Assembly (NCBI GenBank): GCA_050738395.1
Contig: JBOHZJ010000490.1
Coordinates: forward strand, 1-54,771
Direction of reading: 5' to 3'
From: Steroidobacter sp.
GTDB taxonomy: Bacteria; Pseudomonadota; Gammaproteobacteria; Steroidobacterales; Steroidobacteraceae
DNA: 54,771 nt
Shown here: positions 1-9,814 of the stretch, one piece after another
Layout: each line of letters starts with the position of its first letter
How positions within the stretch are numbered: position 1 is the stretch's first letter
Notes under the pieces: generated by a model
Seen by the model: the letters and a program-made list of their open reading frames with translations, nothing else
The model's database searches: none
What the model was told of the DNA's origin: nothing
Position numbers and translations under genes: made by a program

Positions 1-1211
1 GTGTAGTAGTCGCCGAGATACGCCTTGCCGGTTTTCTGCTCGTCCTTGTAATAGTTGAAACGGCCCTGCTCGGGCGCCCGGAGATACACGAGGCCCGGTT
101 GGTTGCGCAGCAATTCCTGCCCCGCGGCGTCCCTGATGCGAATGTGATCCGGTGTATCCGGCTTGCCGACGGTCCCGGGCCTGCTCAGCCAGGTGTGTGA
201 ATCGACGTATGTGCCAACGCCTTCGGTCGCCGCGTAGTACTCGTGCACGATCGGCCCCAGCCATTCGATCAGCGCGCGCTTCACGCTCACCGGGCATGGC
301 GCCGCGCCGTGCAGTACGAATTTCAGGGATGAAATGTCGTAGCGATAGCGCGTCGCCTCGGGCAGGGACAGGAGCCGATGAAACATCGTCGGCACCATGT
401 GCGTGTGTGTCACCCGCCGCTGCTCGATGAGCCGCAGCGCCTGCTCGCTGTCCCAACCGTCCATCAATACGGTTGCGGCGCCATAGGCATTCGGGATCGC
501 CAGCGAAAAAGCCAGTGGCGCCGCGTGATAGAGCGGCCCAGTGCACAAGTGAACGCTCTCGCCCGGTCGATAGTCCGCGGCGGCGGTGGTGCTCGTCGCC
601 GCAACCGGCGTCACCGACCGGTACACGCCCTTTGGCCGGCCGGTGGTGCCTGAGGTGTACAGCATCGAGCCGCCGAGCTGCGGGTCATCGATGTCGCTCG
701 AGTCCTGTCCGCTCAGCGCAGCTTCATAGTTGTCGAAACCTGCGAGTGGTGCGCCGATCGCAATGCAGACGCTCGCCTGCGGCGCGGCCGCTCTCACCTG
801 CAGCGCCGCCTCTTCGAAACGCGCGTCGACAATGAAAGCTTTCGCATCGCAATCGTTCACGATGTACGCCGCCTCTTCGCCGGTGAGATGCCAGTTGATG
901 GCCGTGATGCGCAGGCCCGCGCGCCGCGTCGTCCAGAACGATTCGGCGAACTCGGTGCGATTGCCGCACATGAGCGCCACGCTGTCGCCTGCCTTCAAAC
1001 CACGCGTGCGCAATGCACGCGTGAGCTGATTGCAGCGCGCGTTGAGCTCGGCGAATGTGCGATCTCCCGTCGCGGAGTACACCGCGGGCGCATCGGGAAT
1101 GAATCTGGCCCACAGCGCGACATTCATACCGCTAGCCAGGGCGGCGCCGAATTGCTGGAGAGCGGCTTGCCGGCGCGCAGAGTCGAGCGGTTCGCGGGGA
1201 GTGGACTTCAT
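1..1211 (-). CDS. Acyl-CoA synthetase / AMP-binding enzyme (3' end truncated by window edge; absent from the ORF track)
   Basis: Manual minus-strand translation from ATG 1211 (MKSTPREPLDS...) stays open to the window edge and contains MLYTSGTTGRPKGV (P-loop), PLYHAAP and EYYAATEG. Confidence 0.93.
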   Translation of the reverse strand, partial: MKSTPREPLDSARRQAALQQFGAALASGMNVALWARFIPDAPAVYSATGDRTFAELNARCNQLTRALRTRGLKAGDSVALMCGNRTEFAESFWTTRRAGLRITAINWHLTGEEAAYIVNDCDAKAFIVDARFEEAALQVRAAAPQASVCIAIGAPLAGFDNYEAALSGQDSSDIDDPQLGGSMLYTSGTTGRPKGVYRSVTPVAATSTTAAADYRPGESVHLCTGPLYHAAPLAFSLAIPNAYGAATVLMDGWDSEQALRLIEQRRVTHTHMVPTMFHRLLSLPEATRYRYDISSLKFVLHGAAPCPVSVKRALIEWLGPIVHEYYAATEGVGTYVDSHTWLSRPGTVGKPDTPDHIRIRDAAGQELLRNQPGLVYLRAPEQGRFNYYKDEQKTGKAYLGDYY

Positions 1212-1388
1212 TGCGATAGATCGGTCATCGGAAACGATTTTGATTGTCAGTGCATCCGGCAGCCGCGAGCAATAGTGATGCGGCCTTAAGCATTCCTTGT
1301 AGATGTTTTGCTCTGCGCCTGCACGGCGTGTGCAATACTTCCTGCGTCATCGCAATGCTCCCGCAGCCCGCCTCGAAACTCCGTTCGC

Positions 1389-2600
1389 ATGCTCCGTGAT
1401 CTTCGTCAATTCACGCCACGCACCTTCTGGAGCATGGCGCTCTGCGCCGCAGTAGTGCTCGGCGCCATCGTCGCAATCCCACAATGGCTTTCGAAGCAAG
1501 CGCGACTCGAAGTGTTGCGCTCGCACGTGGCGCAGACGGCGCAACTGGCGGCGAGCGTCGTCGACGGCGACCTGCATCGTCAGTTGCTGGATCCCGCGAA
1601 CTACACGCCTGCACTCTACGAACGGACGCTTGCGCCGCTGGTGCGTTTTCATTCCGCCGCGCCGGACATCTTTTATGTCTACACGATGGCCGCACGCGAG
1701 GGTCGCAGCTATTTCATCGTCGACACGGCGGCGTCGGACGATCTGATCACCAGGCAGTCGCTGCGTGAGTCTCCGTATATGGAGGCGTTCAGGGAAATCG
1801 AGCCTGCGGCTGATCCGGACTGGTTGCAGCGCATCGCCGCGGGCGAGACGTATGTCTATCCGACATTTCAGCGCGATGACTACGGTAACTTCCTGTCCGG
1901 GCACGCGCCGATCTTCGACAGCGAAGGCCGCTACAGCGGCTTCGTCGGCGTCGATTTCGACATCGGGTACTACCTCGCGCAGGAAGCGAGCTTTCGCTCG
2001 ATCTCCATCGGCACACTGACGGCCGCGCTGTTGATCGCACTGCTGATCGGCTACCTGGTCGCGCGTTACGATTACCACGTTACGCATCGGATCGAAGAGC
2101 AGTACAACATTTCGATTCGCGACGAACTGACCGGTCTGCTCAATCGTCGCGGCGCATTGATTGCAATGCGTCAGGCCCTGAGGGCGAACGCGTCGAGCTA
2201 TGCGGCGATCCTCGTCGACGTGGATGATCTGAAGGGGATCAACGATACCCAGGGGCACGCCGGCGGCGATGATTTTCTCGTCAAAGTAGCCGACGCGATG
2301 CGCGCGAGCGTGCGCGACAACGATGCCTGCGCGCGACTGGGCGGCGATGAATTTCTGATCTTCGCCACGGGATGCGACCTGGACGCCGCGACGGAAATTG
2401 CACGTCGCCTGCTCGGCGAGGTGTACTCGGACGACGCCGCATCCGGCCGCTCACATTCTGGCGTATCGATCGGCATCGATGTGGCCGCAGGCCGCGACGC
2501 TGACTTCGAGTCGATGTATCGCCGCGCTGATCAGGCCCTGTACAGAGCAAAAGCAGCCGGTCGGAACCGATTCGTGATTTTCGATCCGTTGGCGGCGTGA
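1389..2600 (+). CDS. Membrane-bound diguanylate cyclase (periplasmic sensor + GGDEF)
   Basis: Two TM helices flank a periplasmic domain; RDELTGLLNRR, intact GGDEF and RxxD I-site (RDND). Start moved to ATG 1389. Confidence 0.92.
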   Translation: MLRDLRQFTPRTFWSMALCAAVVLGAIVAIPQWLSKQARLEVLRSHVAQTAQLAASVVDGDLHRQLLDPANYTPALYERTLAPLVRFHSAAPDIFYVYTMAAREGRSYFIVDTAASDDLITRQSLRESPYMEAFREIEPAADPDWLQRIAAGETYVYPTFQRDDYGNFLSGHAPIFDSEGRYSGFVGVDFDIGYYLAQEASFRSISIGTLTAALLIALLIGYLVARYDYHVTHRIEEQYNISIRDELTGLLNRRGALIAMRQALRANASSYAAILVDVDDLKGINDTQGHAGGDDFLVKVADAMRASVRDNDACARLGGDEFLIFATGCDLDAATEIARRLLGEVYSDDAASGRSHSGVSIGIDVAAGRDADFESMYRRADQALYRAKAAGRNRFVIFDPLAA

Positions 2601-2605
2601 ACTCG

Positions 2606-2746
2606 TCCCCTCTCCCCTTGCGGGAGAGGGTCAGGGTGAGGGGGCAGGCGGCGGCGGCGCGTTCTGAACGAGAGCAATCGTGAGGAAAGGACGCTCAGCG
2701 AGCACCCTCACCCGGACTTCGTCCGACCTCTCCCTGGAGGGAGAGG
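2606..2746. repeat. Pair of CCCTCTCCC/GGGAGAGGG REP-like hairpin elements between convergent genes
   Basis: 2606-2643 TCCCCTCTCCCCTTGCGGGAGAGGGTCAGGGTGAGGGG; 2704-2746 is the reverse complement of 41446-41488 at 42/43 nt. Confidence 0.85.
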
Positions 2747-4770
2747 CGAGGAAGCGGCCTTGCTTCACTCAGCAACCGATGCAGCACATCGCCGAGCTCT
2801 TCCACTGTGTTCGGCTTCAGTATCATTTCGCGCACGCCTGTTTGCAGCGCCGTTTCGCGATCCTCGGCGCGCACATAGCCTGACGTCATGACGACCGGCA
2901 CGTCCGGACGCAGTTCGAGCACGTGCTTCGCAAACTCCGCGCCGGACATACCGGGCATCGACAGATCGGTGACGACGACGTCGAACGCTCCCGGCGTCGA
3001 CCGAAACGCGTCCAGCGCCTCGCTCGCGCTGACGAAGCCGACGACCCGGTAATCGAGACGCTCAAGCACGCGCGTCATCAGATAAACGAGCGGCTCTTCG
3101 TCGTCGACATAGAGAATGCGCTGTCCTTGTCCTCGCAGGGCCGCGCCCGGCGTCGCCAATGGACCGAGGAGTGATTCCTCCACTGCGGGCAGGTACACGC
3201 GAAACGTACTGCCCTTGCCGGGTTCGCTGCGCACCTCGATGGCCCCGCCGTGCGCCTTGACGATGCCATGGACGACCGAGAGTCCGAGGCCCGCGCCCTG
3301 TCCGCGCGGTTTGGTCGTAAAGAACGGCTCGAAGACGCGTTCGATGACCTCGGGCGGCATGCCGGCGCCGTCGTCGCTCACGCAGATGCGGCGATAACGG
3401 GTCGGCGGCACGTGCATGGCGTGCGCCTGGCTGCTGTCGAGGTCGACTTCGTCCAGTTCGACGTCGAGCGCGCCGGCGGCATCGCTCATCGCGTGCGCCG
3501 CATTGGTCGCGAGATTCACCATCACCTGATGCATCTGCGCCGGATCGCCCCGCACGACTTGCGCCTTCGGCGCGCTGCGCATTCGAATGGTTACGCGCGA
3601 CGGCAATGTCGCGCGCATGAGGTTCAGCGACTCTTCGACGATCGTGCGCAAATCGATCGGTCGGTGCGCGGATTCTTCGCGGCGACCAAACGCCAGGATC
3701 TGGTTGACGATGCTCGCCGCGCGTGCGCTCGCCTTGCTCACCTCCGCCAGCGAAGTCTGCGCGGGATGGTCTGCCGCGAGATCCTGAGCGGCAAGCTTTG
3801 TGTTGCCGGCGATCGCAAGCAGGATGTTGTTGAAGTCATGCGCAATGCCGCCGGCGAGCGTGCCGAGCGATTGCATCTTCTGAGCCTGGCGCAGATTCGC
3901 TTCGAGCGATTCGCGTTGCGCATCGGCGCGCAGGCTCGCGGTAACATCAGCGCCAAAGGCGATCACCGCCTCTTCGGGCGTATTGCGCCCGACGATTGCA
4001 AAACGCCAATGGCATTGCAGCCGGCTGTCGTCTTTGCGGCGGTTCTCGACGATCACGCCTTCGGGATAGGCGCCGCCCGCCAGCACCTGCGCGCGCACTC
4101 CGTCGATCACAACCAGACCGCCCGGCGTGGCGGTGAGTTCGTAGACGTTGCGTCCAATCGCTTCAGCGGCGCTGTAGCCGAACATCGTTTCGGCGGCGGG
4201 ATTCCATTCGCGGACGATCCGATCCAGGCCCCAGACGATGCACGCGAGCGGGGCGCGCTCCAGATAAAGTTTGAGCCGCGCGTTCACCTGTTCGAGCTGT
4301 GCGCGGCTTGCATTCAGTTGTTCCTGAATCAGGCGCTGCTGGTTGATGTCCTCCACCATCCCCAGACCGTAAAGGGAGCCGTCCTCGCCGCGGCGCACGC
4401 CGGAGGCGATGAGTCTGCCCCAGACGATCGCGCCATCCTTACGCACGTAGCGCTTCTCGACCTGATAGGAACTACGCTCGCCGCGGCGAATCTCCATAAA
4501 GAGGGTGACGTCGACTCCCCAGTCCTCGGGGTGCGTAATCGAGCGGACTGAGGCGCCGATGAGCTCGCCCGGCGCAAATCCAAGGAATCGCTCGAAGGCG
4601 GGGTTGGTCCGCAGGAACGTGCCGAGGCCGTCCGTGATCGTGATGCCGATGGCCGCACGCGCGAAGATCGCAGCGAACTCCGCCTCGAAGTGCGGCGCAG
4701 CCGGAGCTGGCGGGCCTCGCTGACGCTCCCGCCTCCAGCGCGTCATTGCCTCGAGCGCGCGCTGCAACAT
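2695..4770 (-). CDS. PAS-PAS hybrid sensor histidine kinase / response regulator (CckA-like architecture)
   Basis: Two PAS domains, H-box IAHDFNN, HATPase (NAAHAM, DDGAGM, GAGLGL), C-terminal receiver (YVDDE, TDLSMPG). Confidence 0.93.
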   Translation of the reverse strand: MLQRALEAMTRWRRERQRGPPAPAAPHFEAEFAAIFARAAIGITITDGLGTFLRTNPAFERFLGFAPGELIGASVRSITHPEDWGVDVTLFMEIRRGERSSYQVEKRYVRKDGAIVWGRLIASGVRRGEDGSLYGLGMVEDINQQRLIQEQLNASRAQLEQVNARLKLYLERAPLACIVWGLDRIVREWNPAAETMFGYSAAEAIGRNVYELTATPGGLVVIDGVRAQVLAGGAYPEGVIVENRRKDDSRLQCHWRFAIVGRNTPEEAVIAFGADVTASLRADAQRESLEANLRQAQKMQSLGTLAGGIAHDFNNILLAIAGNTKLAAQDLAADHPAQTSLAEVSKASARAASIVNQILAFGRREESAHRPIDLRTIVEESLNLMRATLPSRVTIRMRSAPKAQVVRGDPAQMHQVMVNLATNAAHAMSDAAGALDVELDEVDLDSSQAHAMHVPPTRYRRICVSDDGAGMPPEVIERVFEPFFTTKPRGQGAGLGLSVVHGIVKAHGGAIEVRSEPGKGSTFRVYLPAVEESLLGPLATPGAALRGQGQRILYVDDEEPLVYLMTRVLERLDYRVVGFVSASEALDAFRSTPGAFDVVVTDLSMPGMSGAEFAKHVLELRPDVPVVMTSGYVRAEDRETALQTGVREMILKPNTVEELGDVLHRLLSEARPLPRLSLQGEVGRSPGEGAR

Positions 4771-4773
4771 CGA

Positions 4774-5655
4774 TCAACTGTTCCAGCGTTCGCGACACAG
4801 CGCAAGAAAGCGCGCGCCCGCCTGCGACAACGGCTGATGCCGCAGATAGTAGACGCCGACCTGCCGCTCGATGCTGGAGAACGGCAATCCGTCAATGGGA
4901 ACGAGTCCTTCCGGCAGCGTCGTGACGAGATCCGAAACGTACGTGACGCCCTTGCCTTCGGCGACGAGCGCCAGGCGCAGGTCCATGTGGCTGACTTCCC
5001 AGACCGATGCGAATGCATTGCGCAGACGATCTCCACTCGGCCGGCGCGCCAGTTCGTCAAGATAGGACGTCACGAGCGGCAAGGTGCGCAGCGTCGCCTG
5101 CGGATCGCGTCGCAATGCGTCGCGGCTCGCGTGCTCACGCGCGATCATCAGCCGGCGCGTTTCGGAGAAGCATGGATGAAATGCGAAGTATTCCGGCATC
5201 GAGTGCTGCAAGGGTCCGAAGCCCAGTTCCCAGCGGCCGTCGGAAACGCCATAGACGATCTCGCGACTCGGCGCGACGACGACCTTGAAGCGTGTCAGCG
5301 GATTACGTTCGGAGAATTCTTTCAACAAGTCGATGCCGAACCGGGCGTTTGCCGCCGGCGACAGCGCGAGCGACAGTGTCGATAACGCGCCGGATCTGAT
5401 CTGCGCGATATCGGCGAGCGTCTCACGCTCCTCATTCATCACCGTTTCTGCAAAGCGCAATAGCCGGATGCCCGCTTCGGTCAATTGCGGCGGATTACCC
5501 CGGCGCAGCAGGACCGCACCCAACCGGTGCTCCAGGTTCGCGATGGCCTGGCTGACCGCCGATTGCGACAGATCCAGACGCTCCGCCGCACGGCTGAACC
5601 CGCCCGCCTCGACGACGGCGTGAAAGCAGCGGATTTCATTGCGCTCGATCTGCAT
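4774..5655 (-). CDS. LysR family transcriptional regulator
   Basis: N-terminal HTH GGFSRAAERLDLSQSAVSQAIANLE; start moved to MQIERNE at 5655. Confidence 0.92.
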   Translation of the reverse strand: MQIERNEIRCFHAVVEAGGFSRAAERLDLSQSAVSQAIANLEHRLGAVLLRRGNPPQLTEAGIRLLRFAETVMNEERETLADIAQIRSGALSTLSLALSPAANARFGIDLLKEFSERNPLTRFKVVVAPSREIVYGVSDGRWELGFGPLQHSMPEYFAFHPCFSETRRLMIAREHASRDALRRDPQATLRTLPLVTSYLDELARRPSGDRLRNAFASVWEVSHMDLRLALVAEGKGVTYVSDLVTTLPEGLVPIDGLPFSSIERQVGVYYLRHQPLSQAGARFLALCRERWNS

Positions 5656-5761
5656 GCATCGATTGTGGCGCGACGGCGCGGCGTTGCAAGAGTGATGTCT
5701 TACGGCGCGCGGACGCGGGGCATCAACCGCATTCGCGGGCGCCGCCTCCTCCGCCAGGACC

Positions 5762-5776
5762 ATCAGAAGGACTGAT
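5762..5776. promoter_or_regulatory. Putative LysR binding site (T-N11-A dyad)
   Basis: Perfect dyad ATCAG-N5-CTGAT between the divergent LysR and citrate synthase genes. Confidence 0.6.
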
Positions 5777-5861
5777 AGGTGCATCGACCTGAGCCCGTCG
5801 TCGCGAGCGTGCGCGGGCGCTACCTTGAGCTCAGGGCGAAGGTGGGCAGCGGGAGACGACG

Positions 5862-6983
5862 ATGAACGGTGCGATCGACATTCGAAAAGGGCTGGAAGGC
5901 GTATTGGCGGACTCGACCGCGGTGTCGCTGGTCGATGGCGACGCGGGTCGATTGTCTTACCGGGGCTATCCGATCGAAGCGCTCGTGCAGCGCCGCTTTG
6001 CCGAAGTCATGCACCTCGTGGTGTTCGGCGAGTTGCCCGACGCGGACCGGCTCAAGGAAGTCGAGGAGTTTCTCTGGCACGCAGGGCGCCTGCCGGCCGA
6101 ACTTCCGGCCTCATTGCGCGAACTGGCGAGACATGGTGCGCACCCGATGGCGACGCTGCAGTCGATCATGCCGCTGCTGACGCTCGACCCGCCCGAACTG
6201 CGTCTGGGCCGCACCGCTGAAGAACAGGAAGGGCTGGTGGTCGCCGCGCGGATGCCCGCTGCGATTGCGGTGATTCACGCGGCGCTGCGCGACCATCCCG
6301 AACATCCCTATCCGCAGTCACGCCGCTATGGCGAACGTTACCTGCAGCTCATCAACGGCCGGACGCCTACACCGGATCAGGTAGAAGCCTTCGAATGCAC
6401 GCAGATTCTGCAGCTCGAGCACGGCTTCAACGCAAGTACTTTCACGGCGCGCGTCGTGACGTCGACACTCGCGCCGCCGGCGTCCGCGCTTGCGGCGGCC
6501 GTCGGTGCGCTCTACGGACCGCTGCACGGCGGCGCCGATCAGGCGGCGATCGAGATGGCGTTCGAAATCGCCGATCCGCGGCGCGCCGCTGAGTTCGTCA
6601 CGGAAAGCCTGGCGACGAAGCGCATCGTGATGGGCATGGGCCATCGCGAGTACCGGACGGTCGATCCGCGCTCGAAGATCATCCAGACGATGGCGGCGAA
6701 GGTCGCCACCGACCCGGAGCCGCGCCGTCTGCTGGAAATCCTGCGCGCCGTGGATGCGTCCTTCATCGAGCAGACGAGCAACCGTCCACGCGTCCTGCGC
6801 GCCAACCTGGAGTTCTACAAGGGCGTCGTGTGTCTGTCGCTCGGCATCCCCAAGGAATTTTTCACCGTAACGTTCGCCGCGTCACGCGTGTTCGGCTGGG
6901 TAGCTCACATCGTCGAGCAGCGACAGGACAACCGACTGATCCGCCCGTCGGCGCACTACGTAGGTCCGGAACCACGCGAATAA
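5862..6983 (+). CDS. Citrate / 2-methylcitrate synthase family protein (short type)
   Basis: KGLEGV, LSYRGY, EHGFNAST, GPLHGGA, GMGHREY, ANLEFY, LIRP motifs. Confidence 0.93.
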   Translation: MNGAIDIRKGLEGVLADSTAVSLVDGDAGRLSYRGYPIEALVQRRFAEVMHLVVFGELPDADRLKEVEEFLWHAGRLPAELPASLRELARHGAHPMATLQSIMPLLTLDPPELRLGRTAEEQEGLVVAARMPAAIAVIHAALRDHPEHPYPQSRRYGERYLQLINGRTPTPDQVEAFECTQILQLEHGFNASTFTARVVTSTLAPPASALAAAVGALYGPLHGGADQAAIEMAFEIADPRRAAEFVTESLATKRIVMGMGHREYRTVDPRSKIIQTMAAKVATDPEPRRLLEILRAVDASFIEQTSNRPRVLRANLEFYKGVVCLSLGIPKEFFTVTFAASRVFGWVAHIVEQRQDNRLIRPSAHYVGPEPRE

Positions 6984-6990
6984 CAGGGCA

Positions 6991-7074
6991 AGCTGCTAGC
7001 TACTAGCTGCTAACCAGATCAGAAGTTCCTGTGTTGCTCTGGCTTTCGGGCTAGCAGCTAATAGCTGGTCGCTA
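6991..7074. repeat. Inverted heptamer tandem-repeat element
   Basis: AGCTGCT AGCTACT AGCTGCT ... GCTAGCA GCTAATA GCTGGTC GCTA. Confidence 0.7.
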
Positions 7075-7091
7075 TGCTCTGGAGATCCCCG

Positions 7092-7430
7092 ATGCAGCCG
7101 ATCGACTGGTCTGACTTCGAATGCGTTGAACTGCGCGTCGGAACGATACTCGAGGTGATGGAATTTCCGGAAGCGCGCAAGTCTGCCTGGAAGCTGCGCA
7201 TCGATTTCGGGTCTGAGATCGGCGTGCGCATGTCGAGCGCGCAGATCACTGCTCTGTATCCGAAGGAAACGCTGCAGGGCCGGCAGGTCATCGCCGTCGT
7301 GAACTTCCCCCCGAAACTGATCGGCCCGTTTCGCTCGGAAGTTCTGGTCACGGGATTTCACGATGAAGAGGGGCGCGTGGTGCTCGCCATGCCTGAGCGC
7401 AGAGTGCCGAATGGAACGAAGCTGCTGTAA
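7092..7430 (+). CDS. csaA: tRNA-binding OB-fold protein / export chaperone CsaA
   Basis: [46 protein letters not shown]. Alternative start 7074. Confidence 0.88.
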   Translation: MQPIDWSDFECVELRVGTILEVMEFPEARKSAWKLRIDFGSEIGVRMSSAQITALYPKETLQGRQVIAVVNFPPKLIGPFRSEVLVTGFHDEEGRVVLAMPERRVPNGTKLL

Positions 7431-7575
7431 GCGAGCAACGTCCGTAGATATGCAGGATCAGAATCTGAGGTAACCACAAAGAACACGACCAACGGATATC
7501 GCTCGGGTTGCTGCTTCTAAACGACAGCCGACGTCCGGTAAGCTGGTCCGCCGGCTTGCAGCGGAGATCCGTCTG

Positions 7576-8370
7576 ATGAGTTTTGCTGAGGTTCTGAATT
7601 CGATCAGCGCGGACGGTTCCGATTTCACCGTTTCGGTGGGCGAGGACTGGTTACAGGGTCGCGCCACGTTCGGCGGGTTGGTCGCGGCTGCCGGCAACGA
7701 AGCGATGCGACGCGTCGTGCCGCGAGATCGACCGTTGCGCTCTCTGCAGACGACGTTCGTCGGTCCGGCGACGCCGGGAACGTGGCGCCTGAGAGCGCGC
7801 GTGTTGCGCGTCGGCAAGGCGGTCACGCTCGCGCAGTGCGAAATACTCGATGGCGATCAGGTGGCCGCGCTGCAGGTCGGTGTGTATGGCGGGCCGCGGC
7901 CGTCGGCAGTGTTGGTAAACCCGCAGGCGAAGGCGGCGCCGCGCCAGGTCGATGATCTAAATGAGGTGCGCTTTCAGCCCGAGCGCGGCTCGCCGGCGTT
8001 CATCCAGCATTTCGCGGTTCGCTGGGCGCAGGGCGCGAAACCTTTCTCGGCCGAGCGCTCGCCGCCGACGATTGCGTACATCCGTCATCGCGATACGGCG
8101 GCTGTCACCGAGTCGCATGTAATCGCCCTCGTCGATTGCATTCCGACGCCGGCGTTATCGATGTTCAAGACGCCGGCGCCCGCAAGCTCGCTGGTGTGGA
8201 CGCTGGAGTTCATCGGACACGAGTTCGGCTTCGCGCCGGAACAATGGTGGCGCATCGACACCGATCTCGACGCCGCGGCCGACGGATACGTACAACAAAG
8301 CGGCGTCCTGATCGATCCGAACGGCCGTCCCTGCGCTCTCACACGGCAGTTGTTTGTGGTGTTTGGGTAG
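7576..8370 (+). CDS. Acyl-CoA thioesterase family (double hot-dog, TesB-like)
   Basis: WLQGRATFGGLVAA, LRSLQTTFVGP, ASSLVWTLEF. Confidence 0.85.
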   Translation: MSFAEVLNSISADGSDFTVSVGEDWLQGRATFGGLVAAAGNEAMRRVVPRDRPLRSLQTTFVGPATPGTWRLRARVLRVGKAVTLAQCEILDGDQVAALQVGVYGGPRPSAVLVNPQAKAAPRQVDDLNEVRFQPERGSPAFIQHFAVRWAQGAKPFSAERSPPTIAYIRHRDTAAVTESHVIALVDCIPTPALSMFKTPAPASSLVWTLEFIGHEFGFAPEQWWRIDTDLDAAADGYVQQSGVLIDPNGRPCALTRQLFVVFG

Positions 8371-8384
8371 GGAGCGGGAATTTC

Positions 8385-8484
8385 CTCTCGCGGAGATCGC
8401 TGAGAGCGCAGGAAGATCTGAGGATCGTAGATCTTCTCCATCCAATTGCTCCTTACTCAGCGATCTCTGCGCTCGCTGCGAGAG
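8385..8484. repeat. Inverted repeat with 9-nt periodic arms between convergent genes (possible bidirectional terminator)
   Basis: CTCTCGCGGAGATCGCTGAGAGCGCAG ... CTCAGCGATCTCTGCGCTCGCTGCGAGAG, with inner GAAGATCT/AGATCTTC. Confidence 0.7.
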
Positions 8485-8495
8485 ACCCTCTCACG

Positions 8496-9785
8496 TCATT
8501 TACTCTCTCTTCTCCGTTGCAGCGCATAGATCAGCATCCCCGACGCACCCGCGATTGCAAGCTGCACCAACTCGCGGCCTGACGCGTTCACCAGCAGCAA
8601 TAGCGACAATGCGATTGCGATCACGGCAAACGTTCTGCCGGCGGGCGCGACAAATCCGGCCGGCGGCGCGTCCGCCCGCTTTCGCAAGGCGATCAATGCA
8701 GCACAGCCTGCGACGTAGACGACCATGCGGGTGCTCGTCGCCAGCGTGATCGCCGACAGAAAAGAGCTCGCGAGCGTAGCAACCAGCACCAGCACGCCGC
8801 TGCCGAGGATCGCTACGTGCGGCGTGCGGAATTGCGGATGCACGCGCGACAACACGGACGGTAAATCGCCCTGTTCGGCGAATGCAAAGGGCAGGCGAGT
8901 CGTGGCGAGGAATCCCGCGTTCAGCGAGCCGAGCATGATGATGATCGCTCCGCATGCGATCACGAGTTCTCCTGCCGGTCCCCACATCGCGGTGGCGGCG
9001 TCCGCCACCGGAGCGGAGCTGTCGGCGAGCGACGGCACGGCGCCCATGCACACGATCTGCACGCCGAGATACAGGGCGAGAATGATTGCGAGCGCCGCTG
9101 CGACGGCAAACGGCGTGTCACGCCGCGGATCGCGCGTCTCGCCTGCACTCACGAACGCCGCTTCAAAGCCGACGAATGCGAATATCGCAAGCAGCAGCGC
9201 ATCACTCAGATCGCCCATTGCCGGCGCTGGTGCAGCGCCGAACGAAATCTCTCCGATGTTCGCGAGTCCCGCGACCCCGAAGACGGCCAGAAAGGCGACT
9301 TTCAGCAGCGTCAGCGCGTTGCCGACGATGGTCGCGTGACGAATGCCGAGCAGGTGAATCGCAGTGACGCCGGTCACGACGATTGCGATGATGAGCACGC
9401 GCAACGCTTCGCCCGCGAGCGTCGGAACGAAGCGCGCTACGTATGCGACCAGCAGATTGCAGATCGTCGCGAACGTCAGCACGCGCGAGATCCAATATAG
9501 CCAGCCCACGATGAAGCCGGTGCGCGGACCGAGCGCAGTGCGCGCGATCAGATAGGGCCCGCCGCTGTCGCTGAAGCGGCTGCCGACTTCGGCGAAACAG
9601 ATTGCGATGACGCCGACGAGCGCGGCGCACGCCACGAGCACCAGCAGGCTGTAGGCATGAGTCAGCTCGAAAATTCTGGCCGGCAGCCCGAGGATTCCCG
9701 CGCCGATCGTGACGTTGATCATCAACGCGACGAGATCCCACCGGCCGATGCCGCGCAGGATCGTCGCGCGTGAGTCACGCGGCAT
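8496..9785 (-). CDS. APC family amino acid permease
   Basis: About 12 TMs; TIGAGI, FAEVGSRFSDSGGPY, FAFVGFE, GETRDPRRD. Confidence 0.92.
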   Translation of the reverse strand: MPRDSRATILRGIGRWDLVALMINVTIGAGILGLPARIFELTHAYSLLVLVACAALVGVIAICFAEVGSRFSDSGGPYLIARTALGPRTGFIVGWLYWISRVLTFATICNLLVAYVARFVPTLAGEALRVLIIAIVVTGVTAIHLLGIRHATIVGNALTLLKVAFLAVFGVAGLANIGEISFGAAPAPAMGDLSDALLLAIFAFVGFEAAFVSAGETRDPRRDTPFAVAAALAIILALYLGVQIVCMGAVPSLADSSAPVADAATAMWGPAGELVIACGAIIIMLGSLNAGFLATTRLPFAFAEQGDLPSVLSRVHPQFRTPHVAILGSGVLVLVATLASSFLSAITLATSTRMVVYVAGCAALIALRKRADAPPAGFVAPAGRTFAVIAIALSLLLLVNASGRELVQLAIAGASGMLIYALQRRRESK

Positions 9786-9814
9786 CGCGGCTTTTCAGGA
9801 TCGTCGGTGAGTTT

